Assembly: GCA_964016885.1 (NCBI GenBank)
Contig: OZ024740.1
Location: 429,908,001 to 429,972,000 of the forward strand
Reading direction: 5' to 3'
DNA: 64,000 bases
Source of the DNA: Eledone cirrhosa
Taxonomy: Eukaryota
Part shown: positions 32,081-49,800 of the stretch, one piece after another
Numbering within the stretch: position 1 is the first letter of the stretch
Layout of the letters: every line of letters starts with the position of its first letter
Position numbers and translations under genes: made by a program
Notes under the pieces: model-generated
What the model saw: only the letters and a program-made list of their open reading frames with translations
Told to the model about the DNA's origin: nothing
The model's database searches: none

Positions 32081-35000
32081 TATTTTAAATAACAACCTAA
32101 TATTACTACCTATATCATTACTGTTATATTATTCTAAATAACAACCTAATATTGCTACCTATATCATTACTGTTATATTATACTAAATAACAACCTAATA
32201 TTACTACCTATATCATTACTGTTATATTATTCTAAATAACAACCTAATATTACTACCTATATCATTACTGTTATATTATTCTAAATAATAACCTAATATT
32301 ACTACCTATATCATTACTGTTATATTATTCTAAATAACAACCTAATATTACTACCTATATCATTACTGTTATATTATTCTAAACAACAACCTAATATTAC
32401 TACCTATATCATTACTGTTATATTATTCTAAATAACAACCTAATATTACTACCTATATCATTACTGTTATATTATTCTAAACAACAACCTAATATTACTA
32501 CCTATATCATTACTGTTATATTATTCTAAATAACAACCTAATATTACTACCTATATCATTACTGTTATATTATTTTAAATAACAACCTAATATTACTACC
32601 TATATCATTACTGTTATATTATTCTAAATAACAACCTAATATTACTACCTATATCATTACTGTTATATTATTCTAAATAATAACCTAATATTACTACCTA
32701 TATCATTACTGTTATATTATTCTAAATAACAACCTAATATTACTACCTATATCATTACTGTTATATTATTCTAAATAACAACCTAATATTACTACCTATA
32801 TCATTACTGTTATATTATTTTAAATAACAACCTAATATTACTACCTATATCATTACTGTTATATTATTATAAATAACAACCTAATATTACTACCTATATC
32901 ATTACTGTTATATTATTCTAAATAACAACCTAATATTACTACCTATATCATTACTGTTATATTATTCTAAATAACAACCTAATATTACTACCTATATCAT
33001 TACTGTTATATTATTTTAAATAACAACCTAATATTACTACCTATATCATTACTGTTATATTATTCTAAATAACAACCTAATATTACTAACTATATCATTA
33101 CTGTTATATTATTCTAAATAACAACCTAATATTACTACCTATATCATTACTGTTATATTATTCTAAATAACAACCTAATATTACTACCTATATCATTACT
33201 GTTATATAATTCTAAATAACAACCTAATATTACTACCTATATCATTACTGTTATATTATTCTAAATAATAACCTAATATTACTACCTCTATCATTACTGT
33301 TATATTATTCTAAATAACAACCTAATATTACTACCTATATCATTACTGTTATATTATTCTAAACAACAACCTAATATTACTACCTATATCATTACTGTTA
33401 CATTCTTCTACATAACAACCTAATATTACTACCTATATCATTACTGTTATATTATATTAAATAACAACCTAATATTACTACCTATATCATTACTGTTATA
33501 TTATTCTAAATAACAACCTAATATTACTACCTATATCATTACTGGTATATTATTCTAAATAACAACCTAATATTACTACCTATATCATTACTGTTATAAT
33601 ATTCTAAATAACAACCTAATATTACTACCTATATCATTACTGTTATATTATTTTAAATAACAACCTAATATTACTACCTATATTATTACTGTTATATTAT
33701 TCTAAATAACAACCTAATATTACTACCTATATCATTACTGTTATATTATTTTAAATAACAACCTAATATTACTACCTATATCATTACTGTTATATTATTC
33801 TAAATAACAACCTAATATTGCTACCTATATCATTACTGTTATATTATACTAAATAACAACCTAATATTACTACCTATATCATTACTGTTATATTATTCTA
33901 AATAACAACCTAATATTACTACCTATATCATTACTGTTATATTATTCTAAATAATAACCTAATATTACTACCTATATCATTACTGTTATATTATTCTAAA
34001 TAACAACCTAATATTACTACCTATATCATTACTGTTATATTATTCTAAACAACAACCTAATATTACTACCTATATCATTACTGTTATATTATTCTAAATA
34101 ACAAACCTAATATTACTACCTATATCATTACTGTTATATTATTCTAAACAACAACCTAATATTACTACCTATATCATTACTGTTATATTATTCTAAATAA
34201 CAACCTAATATTACTACCTATATCATTACTGTTATATTATTTTAAATAACAACCTAATATTACTACCTATATCATTACTGTTATATTATTCTAAATAACA
34301 ACCTAATATTACTACCTATATCATTACTGTTATATTATTCTAAATAATAACCTAATATTACTACCTATATCATTACTGTTATATTATTCTAAATAACAAC
34401 CTAATATTACTACCTATATCATTACTGTTATATTATTCTAAATAACAACCTAATATTACTACCTATATCATTACTGTTATATTATTTTAAATAACAACCT
34501 AATATTACTACCTATATCATTACTGTTATATTATTATAAATAACAACCTAATATTACTACCTATATCATTACTGTTATATTATTCTAAATAACAACCTAA
34601 TATTACTACCTATATCATTACTGTTATATTATTCTAAATAACAACCTAATATTACTACCTATATCATTACTGTTATATTATTCTAAACAACAACCTAATA
34701 TTACTACCTATATCATTACTGTTATATTATTCTAAATAACAACCTAATATTACTACCTATATCATTACTGTTATATTATTTTAAATAACAACCTAATATT
34801 ACTACCTATATCATTACTTTTATATTATTCTAAATAACAACCTAATATTACTACCTATATCATTACTGTTATATTATTCTAAATAACAACCTAATATTAC
34901 TACCTATATCATTACTGTTATATTATTCTAAATAACAACCTAATATTACTGCCTATATCATTACTGTTATATTATTCTAAATAACAACCTAATATTACTA

Positions 35001-38000
35001 CCTATATCATTACTGTTATATTATTCTAAATAACAACCTAATATTACTACCTATATCATTACTGTTATATTATTCTAAATAACAACCTAATATAACTACC
35101 TATATCATTACTGTTATATTATTCTAAATAATAACCTAATATTACTACCTATATCATTACTGTTATATTATTCTAAATAACAACCTAATATTACTACCTA
35201 TATCATTACTGTTATATTATTCTAAATAACAACCTAATATTACTACCTATATCATTACTGTTATATTATTCTAAATAACAACCTAATATTACTACCTATA
35301 TCATTACTGTTATATTATTTTAAATAACAACCTAATATTACTACCTATATCATTACTGTTATATTATTCTAAATAACAACCTAATATTACTAACTATATC
35401 ATTACTGTTATATTATTCTAAATAACAACCTAATATTACTACCTATATCATTACTGTTATATTATTCTAAATAACAACCTAATATTACTACCTATATCAT
35501 TACTGTTATATTATTCTAAATAACAACCTAATATTACTACCTATATCATTACTGTTATATTATTCTAAATAATAACCTAATATTACTACCTCTATCATTA
35601 CTGTTATATTATTCTAAATAACAACCTAATATTACTACCTATATCATTACTGTTATATTATTCTAAACAACAACCTAATATTACTACCTATATCATTACT
35701 GTTACATTATTCTACATAACAACCTAATATTACTACCTATATCATTACTGTTATATTATATTAAATAACAACCTAATATTACTACCTATATCATTACTGT
35801 TATATTATTCTAAATAACAACCTAATATTACTACCTATATCATTACTGGTATATTATTCTAAATAACAACCTAATATTACTACCTATATCATTACTGTTA
35901 TAATATTCTAAATAACAACCTAATATTACTACCTATATCATTACTGTTATATTATTTTAAATAACAACCTAATATTACTACCTATATTATTACTGTTATA
36001 TTATTCTAAATAACAACCTAATATTACTACCTATATCATTACTGTTATATTATTTTAAATAACAACCTAATATTACTACCTATATCATTACTGTTATATT
36101 ATTCTAAATAACAACCTAATATTGCTACCTATATCATTTCTGTTATATTATACTAAATAACAACCTAATATTACTACCTATATCATTACTGTTATATTAT
36201 TCTAAATAACAACCTAATATTACTACCTATATCATTACTGTTATATTATTCTAAATAATAACCTAATATTACTACCTATATCATTACTGTTATATTATTC
36301 TAAATAACAACCTAATATTACTACCTATATCATTACTGTTATATTATTCTAAACAACAACCTAATATTACTACCTATATCATTACTGTTATATTATTCTA
36401 AATAACAACCTAATATTACTACCTATATCATTACTGTTATATTATTCTAAACAACAACCTAATATTACTACCTATATCATTACTGTTATATTATTCTAAA
36501 TAACAACCTAATATTACTACCTATATCATTACTGTTATATTATTTTAAATAACAACCTAATATTACTACCTATATCATTACTGTTATATTATTCTAAATA
36601 ACAACCTAATACTACTACCTATATCATTACTGTTATATTATTCTAAATAATAACCTAATATTACTACCTATATCATTACTGTTATATTATTCTAAATAAC
36701 AACCTAATATTACTACCTATATCATTACTGTTATATTATTCTAAATAACAACCTAATATTACTACCTATATCATTACTGTTATATTATTTTAAATAACAA
36801 CCTAATATTACTACCTATATCATTACTGTTATATTATTATAAATAACAACCTAATATTACTACCTATATCATTACTGTTATATTATTCTAAATAACAACC
36901 TAATATTACTACCTATATCATTACTGTTATATTATTTTAAATAACAACCTAATATTACTACCTATATCATTACTGTTATATTATTCTAAATAACAACCTA
37001 ATATTACTAACTATATCATTACTGTTATATTATTCTAAATAACAACCTAATATTACTACCTATATCATTACTGTTATATTATTCTAAATAACAACCTAAT
37101 ATTACTACCTATATCATTACTGTTATATTATTCTAAATAACAACCTAATATTACTACCTATATCATTACTGTTATATTATTCTAAATAATAACCTAATAT
37201 TACTACCTCTATCATTACTGTTATATTATTCTAAATAACAACCTAATATTACTACCTATATCATTACTGTTATATTATTCTAAACAACAACCTAATATTA
37301 CTACCTATATCATTACTGTTACATTATTCTACATAACAACCTAATATTACTACCTATATCATTACTGTTATATTATATTAAATAACAACCTAATATTACT
37401 ACCTATATCATTACTGTTATATTATTCTAAATAACAACCTAATATTACTACCTATATCATTACTGGTATATTATTCTAAATAACAACCTAATATTACTAC
37501 CTATATCATTACTGTTATAATATTCTAAATAACAACCTAATATTACTACCTATATCATTACTGTTATATTATTTAAATAACAACCTAATATTACTACCTA
37601 TATTATTACTGTTATATTATTCTAAATAACAACCTAATATTACTACCTATATCATTACTGTTATATTATTTTAAATAACAACCTAATATTACTACCTATA
37701 TCATTACTGTTATATTATTCTAAATAACAACCTAATATTGCTACCTATATCATTACTGTTATATTATACTAAATAACAACCTAATATTACTACCTATATC
37801 ATTACTGTTATATTATTCTAAATAACAACCTAATATTACTACCTATATCATTACTGTTATATTATTCTAAATAATAACCTAATATTACTACCTATATCAT
37901 TACTGTTATATTATTCTAAATAACAACCTAATATTACTACCTATATCATTACTGTTATATTATTCTAAACAACAACCTAATATTACTACCTATATCATTA

Positions 38001-38120
38001 CTGTTATATTATTCTAAATAACAACCTAATATTACTACCTATATCATTACTGTTATATTATTCTAAACAACAACCTAATATTACTACCTATATCATTACT
38101 GTTATATTATTCTAAATAAC

Positions 38121-41100
38121 AACCTAATATTACTACCTATATCATTACTGTTATATTATTCTAAATAACAACCTAATATTACTACCTATATCATTACTGT
38201 TATATTATTCTAAATAACAACCTAATATTACTACCTATATCATTACTGTTATATTATTTTAAATAACAACCTAATATTACTACCTATATCATTACTGTTA
38301 TATTATTCTAAATAACAACCTAATATTACTAACTATATCATTACTGTTATATTATTCTAAATAACAACCTAATATTACTACCTATATCATTACTGTTATA
38401 TTATTCTAAATAACAACCTAATATTACTACCTATATCATTACTGTTATATTATTCTAAATAACAACCTAATATTACTACCTATATCATTACTGTTATATT
38501 ATTCTAAATAATAACCTAATATTACTACCTCTATCATTACTGTTATATTATTCTAAATAACAACCTAATATTACTACCTATATCATTACTGTTATATTAT
38601 TCTAAACAACAACCTAATATTACTACCTATATCATTACTGTTACATTATTCTACATAACAACCTAATATTACTACCTATATCATTACTGTTATATTATAT
38701 TAAATAACAACCTAATATTACTACCTATATCATTACTGTTATATTATTCTAAATAACAACCTAATATTACTACCTATATCATTACTGGTATATTATTCTA
38801 AATAACAACCTAATATTACTACCTATATCATTACTGTTATAATATTCTAAATAACAACCTAATATTACTACATATATCATTACTGTTATATTATTTTAAA
38901 TAACAACCTAATATTACTACCTATATTATTACTGTTATATTATTCTAAATAACAACCTAATATTACTACCTATATCATTACTGTTATATTATTTTAAATA
39001 ACAACCTAATATTACTACCTATATCATTACTGTTATATTATTCTAAATAACAACCTAATATTGCTACCTATATCATTAATGTTATATTATACTAAATAAC
39101 AACCTAATATTACTACCTATATCATTACTGTTATATTATTCTAAATAACAACCTAATATTACTACCTATATCATTACTGTTATATTATTCTAAATAATAA
39201 CCTAATATTACTACCTATATCATTACTGTTATATTATTCTAAATAACAACCTAATATTACTACCTATATCATTACTGTTATATTATTCTAAACAACAACC
39301 TAATATTACTACCTATATCATTACTGTTATATTATTCTAAATAACAACCTAATATTACTACCTATATCATTACTGTTATATCATTCTAAACAACAACCTA
39401 ATATTACTACCTATATCATTACTGTTATATTATTCTAAATAACAACCTAATATTACTACCTATATCATTACTGTTATATTATTTTAAATAACAACCTAAT
39501 ATTACTACCTATATCATTACTGTTATATTATTCTAAATAACAACCTAATACTACTACCTATATCATTACTGTTATATTATTCTAAATAATAACCTAATAT
39601 TACTACCTATATCATTACTGTTATATTATTCTAAATAACAACCTAATATTACTACCTATATCATTACTGTTATATTATTCTAAATAACAACCTAATATTA
39701 CTACCTATATCATTACTGTTATATTATTTTAAATAACAACCTAATATTACTACCTATATCATTACTGTTATATTATTATAAATAACAACCTAATATTACT
39801 ACCTATATCATTACTGTTATATTATTCTAAATAACAACCTAATATTACTACCTATATCATTACTGTTATATTATTCTAAATAACAACCTAATATTACTAC
39901 CTATATCATTACTGTTATATTATTCTAAACAACAACCTAATATTACTACCTATATCATTACTGTTATATTATTCTAAATAACAACCTAATATTACTACCT
40001 ATATCATTACTGTTATATTATTTTAAATAACAACCTAATATTACTACCTATATCATTACTTTTATATTATTCTAAATAACAACCTAATATTACTACCTAT
40101 TTCATTACTGTTATATTATTCTAAATAATAACCTAATATTACTACCTATATCATTACTGTTATATTATTCTAAATAACAACCTAATATTACTACCTATAT
40201 CATTACTGTTATATTATTCTAAATAACAACCTAATATTACTACCTATATCATTACTGTTATATTATTTTAAATAACAACCTAATATTACTACCTATATCA
40301 TTACTGTTATATTATTATAAATAACAACCTAATATTACTACCTATATCATTACTGTTATATTATTCTAAATAACAACCTAATATTTCTACCTATATCATT
40401 ACTGTTATATTATTCTAAATAACAACCTAATATTACTACCTATATCATTACTGTTATATTATTTTAAATAACAACCTAATATTACTACCTATATCATTAC
40501 TGTTATATTATTCTAAATAACAACCTAATATTACTACCTATATCATTACTGTTATATTATTCTAAATAACAACCTAATATTACTGCCTATATCATTACTG
40601 TTATATTATTCTAAATAACAACCTAATATTACTACCTATATCATTACTGTTATATTATTCTAAATAACAACCTAATATTACTACCTATATCATTACTGTT
40701 ATATTATTCTAAATAACAACCTAATATTACAACCTATATCATTACTGTTATATTATTCTAAATAACAACCTAATATTACTACCTATATCATTACTGTTAT
40801 ATTATTTTAAATAACAACCTAATATTACTACCTATATCATTACTTTTATATTATTCTAAATAACAACCTAATATTACTACCTATATCATTACTGTTATAT
40901 TATTCTAAATAATAACCTAATATTACTACCTATATCATTACTGTTATATTATTCTAAATAACAACCTAATATTACTACCTATATCATTACTGTTATATTA
41001 TTCTAAATAACAACCTAATATTACTACCTATATCATTACTGTTATATTATTCTAAATAACAACCTAATATTACTACCTATATCATTACTGTTATATTATT

Positions 41101-44100
41101 TTAAATAACATCCTAATATTACTACCTATATCATTACTGTTATATTATTCTAAATAACAACCTAATATTACTAACTATATCATTACTGTTATATTATTCT
41201 AAATAACAACCTAATATTACTACCTATATCATTACTGTTATATTACTTTAAATAACAACCTAATATTACTACCTATATCATTACTGTTATATTATTCTAA
41301 ATAACAACCTAATATTACTACCTATATCATTACTGTTATATTATTCTAAATAACAACCTAATATTACTACCTATATCATTACTGTTATATTATTCTAAAT
41401 AATAACCTAATATTACTACATATATCATTACTGTTATATTATTTTAAATAACAACCTAATATTACTACCTATATCATTACTGTCATATTATTCTAAATAA
41501 CAATTTAATATTACTACCTATATCATTACTGTTATATTATTCTAAATAACAACCTAATATTACTACCTATATCATTACTGTTATATTATTCTAAATAACA
41601 ACCTAATATTACTACCTATATCATTACTGTTATATTATTCTAAATAACAACCTAATATTACAACCTATATCATTACTGTTATATTATTCTGAATAACAAC
41701 CTAATATTACAACCTATATCATTACTGTTATATTATTCTAAATAACAACATAATATTACAACCTATATCATTACTGTTATATTATTCTAAATAACAACCT
41801 AATATTACTACCTATATCATTACTGTTATATTATTCTAAATAACAACCTAATATTACTATCTATATCATTACTGTTATATTATTCTAAATAACAACCTAA
41901 TATTACTACCTATATCATTCCTGTTATATTATTCTAAACAACAACCTAATATTACTACCTATATCATTACTGTTATATTATTCTAAATAACAACCTAATA
42001 TTACTACCTATATCATTACTGTTATATTATTCTAAATAACAACCTAATATTACTACCTATATCATTACTGTTATATTATTCTAAACAACAACCTAATATT
42101 ACTACCTATATCATTACTGTTATATTATTCTAAATAACAACCTAATATTACTACCTATATCATTACTGTTATATTATTCTAAACAACAACCTAATATTAC
42201 TACCTATATCATTACTGTTATATTATTCTAAATAACAAACTAATATTACTACCTATATCATTACTGTTATATTATTTTAAATAACAACCTAATATTACTA
42301 CCTATATCATTACTTTTATATTATTCTAAATAACAACCTAATATTACTACCTATATCATTACTGTTATATTATTCTAAATAATAACCTAATATTACTACC
42401 TATATCATTACTGTTATATTATTCTAAATAACAACCTAATATTACTACCTATATCATTACTGTTATATTATTCTAAATAACAACCTAATATTACTACCTA
42501 TATCATTACTGTTATATTATTTTAAATAACAACCTAATATTACTACCTATATCATTACTGTTATATTATTCTAAATAACAACCTAATATTACTAACTATA
42601 TCATTACTGTTATATTATTCTAAATAACAACCTAATATTACTACCTATATCATTACTGTTATATTATTCTAAATAACAACCTAATATTACTACCTATATC
42701 ATTACTGTTATATTATTCTAAATAACAACCTAATATTACTACCTATATCATTACTGTTATATTATTCTAAATAATAACCTAATATTACTACCTCTATCAT
42801 TACTGTTATATTATTCTAAATAACAACCTAATATTACTACCTATATCATTACTGTTATATTATTCTAAACAACAACCTAATATTACTACCTATATCATTA
42901 CTGTTACATTATTCTACATAACAACCTAATATTACTACCTATATCATTACTGTTATATTATATTAAATAACAACCTAATATTACTACCTATATCATTACT
43001 GTTATATTATTCTAAATAACAACCTAATATTACTACCTATATCATTACTGGTATATTATTCTAAATAACAACCTAATATTACTACCTATATCATTACTGT
43101 TATAATATTCTAAATAACAACCTAATATTACTACATATATCATTACTGTTATATTATTTTAAATAACAACCTAATATTACTACCTATATTATTACTGTTA
43201 TATTATTCTAAATAACAACCTAATATTACTACCTATATCATTACTGTTATATTATTTTAAATAACAACCTAATATTACTACCTATATCATTACTGTTATA
43301 TTATTCTAAATAACAACCTAATATTGCTACCTATATCATTAATGTTATATTATACTAAATAACAACCTAATATTACTACCTATATCATTACTGTTATATT
43401 ATTCTAAATAACAACCTAATATTACTACCTATATCATTACTGTTATATTATTCTAAATAATAACCTAATATTACTACCTATATCATTACTGTTATATTAT
43501 TCTAAATAACAACCTAATATTACTACCTATATCATTACTGTTATATTATTCTAAACAACAACCTAATATTACTACCTATATCATTACTGTTATATTATTC
43601 TAAATAACAACCTAATATTACTACCTATATCATTACTGTTATATCATTCTAAACAACAACCTAATATTACTACCTATATCATTACTGTTATATTATTCTA
43701 AATAACAACCTAATATTACTACCTATATCATTACTGTTATATTATTTTAAATAACAACCTAATATTACTACCTATATCATTACTGTTATATTATTCTAAA
43801 TAACAACCTAATACTACTACCTATATCATTACTGTTATATTATTCTAAATAATAACCTAATATTACTACCTATATCATTACTGTTATATTATTCTAAATA
43901 ACAACCTAATATTACTACCTATATCATTACTGTTATATTATTCTAAATAACAACCTAATATTACTACCTATATCATTACTGTTATATTATTTTAAATAAC
44001 AACCTAATATTACTACCTATATCATTACTGTTATATTATTATAAATAACAACCTAATATTACTACCTATATCATTACTGTTATATTATTCTAAATAACAA

Positions 44101-46833
44101 CCTAATATTACTACCTATATCATTACTGTTATATTATTCTAAATAACAACCTAATATTACTACCTATATCATTACTGTTATATTATTCTAAACAACAACC
44201 TAATATTACTACCTATATCATTACTGTTATATTATTCTAAATAACAACCTAATATTACTACCTATATCATTACTGTTATATTATTTTAAATAACAACCTA
44301 ATATTACTACCTATATCATTACTTTTATATTATTCTAAATAACAACCTAATATTACTACCTATTTCATTACTGTTATATTATTCTAAATAATAACCTAAT
44401 ATTACTACCTATATCATTACTGTTATATTATTCTAAATAACAACCTAATATTACTACCTATATCATTACTGTTATATTATTCTAAATAACAACCTAATAT
44501 TACTACCTATATCATTACTGTTATATTATTTTAAATAACAACCTAATATTACTACCTATATCATTACTGTTATATTATTATAAATAACAACCTAATATTA
44601 CTACCTATATCATTACTGTTATATTATTCTAAATAACAACCTAATATTTCTACCTATATCATTACTGTTATATTATTCTAAATAACAACCTAATATTACT
44701 ACCTATATCATTACTGTTATATTATTTTAAATAACAACCTAATATTACTACCTATATCATTACTGTTATATTATTCTAAATAACAACCTAATATTACTAC
44801 CTATATCATTACTGTTATATTATTCTAAATAACAACCTAATATTACTGCCTATATCATTACTGTTATATTATTCTAAATAACAACCTAATATTACTACCT
44901 ATATCATTACTGTTATATTATTCTAAATAACAACCTAATATTACTACCTATATCATTACTGTTATATTATTCTAAATAACAACCTAATATTACAACCTAT
45001 ATCATTACTGTTATATTATTCTAAATAACAACCTAATATTACTACCTATATCATTACTGTTATATTATTTTAAATAACAACCTAATATTACTACCTATAT
45101 CATTACTTTTATATTATTCTAAATAACAACCTAATATTACTACCTATATCATTACTGTTATATTATTCTAAATAATAACCTAATATTACTACCTATATCA
45201 TTACTGTTATATTATTCTAAATAACAACCTAATATTACTACCTATATCATTACTGTTATATTATTCTAAATAACAACCTAATATTACTACCTATATCATT
45301 ACTGTTATATTATTCTAAATAACAACCTAATATTACTACCTATATCATTACTGTTATATTATTTTAAATAACATCCTAATATTACTACCTATATCATTAC
45401 TGTTATATTATTCTAAATAACAACCTAATATTACTAACTATATCATTACTGTTATATTATTCTAAATAACAACCTAATATTACTACCTATATCATTACTG
45501 TTATATTACTTTAAATAACAACCTAATATTACTACCTATATCATTACTGTTATATTATTCTAAATAACAACCTAATATTACTACCTATATCATTACTGTT
45601 ATATTATTCTAAATAACAACCTAATATTACTACCTATATCATTACTGTTATATTATTCTAAATAATAACCTAATATTACTACATATATCATTACTGTTAT
45701 ATTATTTTAAATAACAACCTAATATTACTACCTATATCATTACTGTCATATTATTCTAAATAACAATTTAATATTACTACCTATATCATTACTGTTATAT
45801 TATTCTAAATAACAACCTAATATTACTACCTATATCATTACTGTTATATTATTCTAAATAACAACCTAATATTACTACCTATATCATTACTGTTATATTA
45901 TTCTAAATAACAACCTAATATTACAACCTATATCATTACTGTTATATTATTCTGAATAACAACCTAATATTACAACCTATATCATTACTGTTATATTATT
46001 CTAAATAACAACATAATATTACAACCTATATCATTACTGTTATATTATTCTAAATAACAACCTAATATTACTACCTATATCATTACTGTTATATTATTCT
46101 AAATAACAACCTAATATTACTATCTATATCATTACTGTTATATTATTCTAAATAACAACCTAATATTACTACCTATATCATTCCTGTTATATTATTCTAA
46201 ACAACAACCTAATATTACTACCTATATCATTACTGTTATATTATTCTAAATAACAACCTAATATTACTACCTATATCATTACTGTTATATTATTCTAAAT
46301 AACAACCTAATATTACTACCTATATCATTACTGTTATATTATTCTAAACAACAACCTAATATTACTACCTATATCATTACTGTTATATTATTCTAAATAA
46401 CAACCTAATATTACTACCTATATCATTACTGTTATATTATTCTAAACAACAACCTAATATTACTACCTATATCATTACTGTTATATTATTCTAAATAACA
46501 AACTAATATTACTACCTATATCATTACTGTTATATTATTTTAAATAACAACCTAATATTACTACCTATATCATTACTTTTATATTATTCTAAATAACAAC
46601 CTAATATTACTACCTATATCATTACTGTTATATTATTCTAAATAATAACCTAATATTACTACCTATATCATTACTGTTATATTATTCTAAATAACAACCT
46701 AATATTACTACCTATATCATTACTGTTATATTATTCTAAATAACAACCTAATATTACTACCTATATCATTACTGTTATATTATTTTAAATAACAACCTAA
46801 TATTACTACCTATATCATTACTGTTATATTATT
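38121..46833. repeat. Near-perfect tandem duplication, period 4,263 bp (87 monomers)
   Basis: Rare variant pairs 38872/43135, 39382/43645, 41111/45374, 41246/45509, 41920/46183 and 42239/46502 are all 4,263 apart. The match fails at 38120/42383 and 42571/46834. Confidence 0.92.
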
Positions 46834-49800
46834 ATAAATAACAACCTAATATTACTACCTATATCATTACTGTTATATTATTCTAAATAACAACCTAATA
46901 TTTCTACCTATATCATTACTGTTATATTATTCTAAATAACAACCTAATATTACTACCTATATCATTACTGTTATATTATTCTAAATAACAACCTAATATT
47001 ACTACCTATATCATTACTGTTATATTATTCTAAATAACAACCTAATATTACAACCTATATCATTACTGTTATATTATTCTAAATAACAACCTAATATTAC
47101 TACCTATATCATTACTGTTATATTATTTTAAATAACAACCTAATATTACTACCTATATCATTACTGTTATATTATTCTAAATAACAACCTAATATTACTA
47201 CCTATATCATTACTGTTATATTATTCTAAATAATAACCTAATATTACTACCTATATCATTACTGTTATATTATTCTAAATAACAACCTAATATTACTACC
47301 TATATCATTACTGTTATATTATTCTAAATAACAACCTAATATTACTACCTATATCATTACTGTTATATTATTCTAAATAACAACCTAATATTACTACCTA
47401 TATCATTACTGTTATATTATTTTAAATAACAACCTAATATTACTACCTATATCATTACTGTTATATTATTCTAAATAACAACCTAATATTACTAACTATA
47501 TCATTACTGTTATATTATTCTAAATAACAACCTAATATTACTACCTATATCATTACTGTTATATTATTCTAAATAACAACCTAATATTACTACCTATATC
47601 ATTACTGTTATATTATTCTAAATAACAACCTAATATTACTACCTATATCATTACTGTTATATTATTCTAAATAATAACCTAATATTACTACCTATATCAT
47701 TACTGTTATATTATTCTAAATAACAACCTAATATTACTACCTATATCATTACTGTTATATTATTCTAAACAACAACCTAATATTACTACCTATATCATTA
47801 CTGTTACATTATTCTACATAACAACCTAATATTTCTACCTATATCATTACTGTTATATTATATTAAATAACAACCTAATATTACTACCTATATCATTACT
47901 GTTATATTATTCTAAATAACAACCTAATATTACTACCTATATCATTACTGGTGTATTATTCTAAATAACAACCTAATATTACTACCTATATCATTACTGT
48001 TATAATATTCTAAATAACAACCTAATATTACTACCTATATCATTACTGTTATATTATTTTAAATAACAACCTAATATTACTACCTATATTATTACTGTTA
48101 TATTATTCTAAATAACAACCTAATATTACTACCTATGTCATTACTGTTATATTATTTTAAATAACAACCTAATATTACTACCTATATCATTACTGTTATA
48201 TTATTCTAAATAACAACCTTATATTGCTACCTATATCATTACTGTTATATTATTCTAAATAACAACCTAATATTACTACCTATATCATTACTGTTATATT
48301 ATTCTAAATAACAACCTAATATTACTACCTATATCATTACTGTTATATTATTCTAAATAATAACCTAATATTACTACCTATATCATTACTGTTATATTAT
48401 TTTAAATAACAACCTAATATTACTACCTATATCATTACTTTTATATTATTCTAAATAACAACCTAATATTACTACCTATATCATTACTGTTATATTATTC
48501 TAAATAATAACCTAATATTACTACCTATATCATTACTGTTATATTATTCTAAATAACAACCTAATATTACTACCTATATCATTACTGTTATATTATTCTA
48601 AATAACAACCTAATATTACTACCTATATCATTACTGTTATATTATTTTAAATAACAACCTAATATTACTACCTATATCATTACTGTTATATTATTCTAAA
48701 TAACAACCTAATATTACTACCTATATCATTACTGTTATATTATTCTAAATAACAACCTAATATTTCTACCTATATCATTACTGTTATATTATTCTAAATA
48801 ACAACCTAATATTACTACCTATATCATTACTGTTATATTATTCTAAATAACAACCTAATATTACTACCTATATCATTACTGTTATATTATTCTAAATAAC
48901 AACCTAATATTACTGCCTATATCATTACTGTTATATTATTCTAAATAACAACCTAATATTACTACCTATATCATTACTGTTATATTATTCTAAATAACAA
49001 CCTAATATTACTACCTATATCATTACTGTTATATTATTCTAAATAACAACCTAATATTACAACCTATATCATTACTGTTATATTATTCTAAATAACAACC
49101 TAATATTACTACCTATATCATTACTGTTATATTATTTTAAATAACAACCTAATATTACTACCTATATCATTACTGTTATATTATTCTAAATAACAACCTA
49201 ATATTACTACCTATATCATTACTGTTATATTATTCTAAATAATAACCTAATATTACTACCTATATCATTACTGTTATATTATTCTAAATAACAACCTAAT
49301 ATTACTACCTATATCATTACTGTTATATTATTCTAAATAACAACCTAATATTACTACCTATATCATTACTGTTATATTATTCTAAATAACAACCTAATAT
49401 TACTACCTATATCATTACTGTTATATTATTTTAAATAACAACCTAATATTACTACCTATATCATTACTGTTATATTATTCTAAATAACAACCTAATATTA
49501 CTAACTATATCATTACTGTTATATTATTCTAAATAACAACCTAATATTACTACCTATATCATTACTGTTATATTATTCTAAATAACAACCTAATATTACT
49601 ACCTATATCATTACTGTTATATTATTCTAAATAACAACCTAATATTACTACCTATATCATTACTGTTATATTATTCTAAATAATAACCTAATATTACTAC
49701 CTATATCATTACTGTTATATTATTCTAAATAACAACCTAATATTACTACCTATATCATTACTGTTATATTATTCTAAACAACAACATAATATTACTACCT

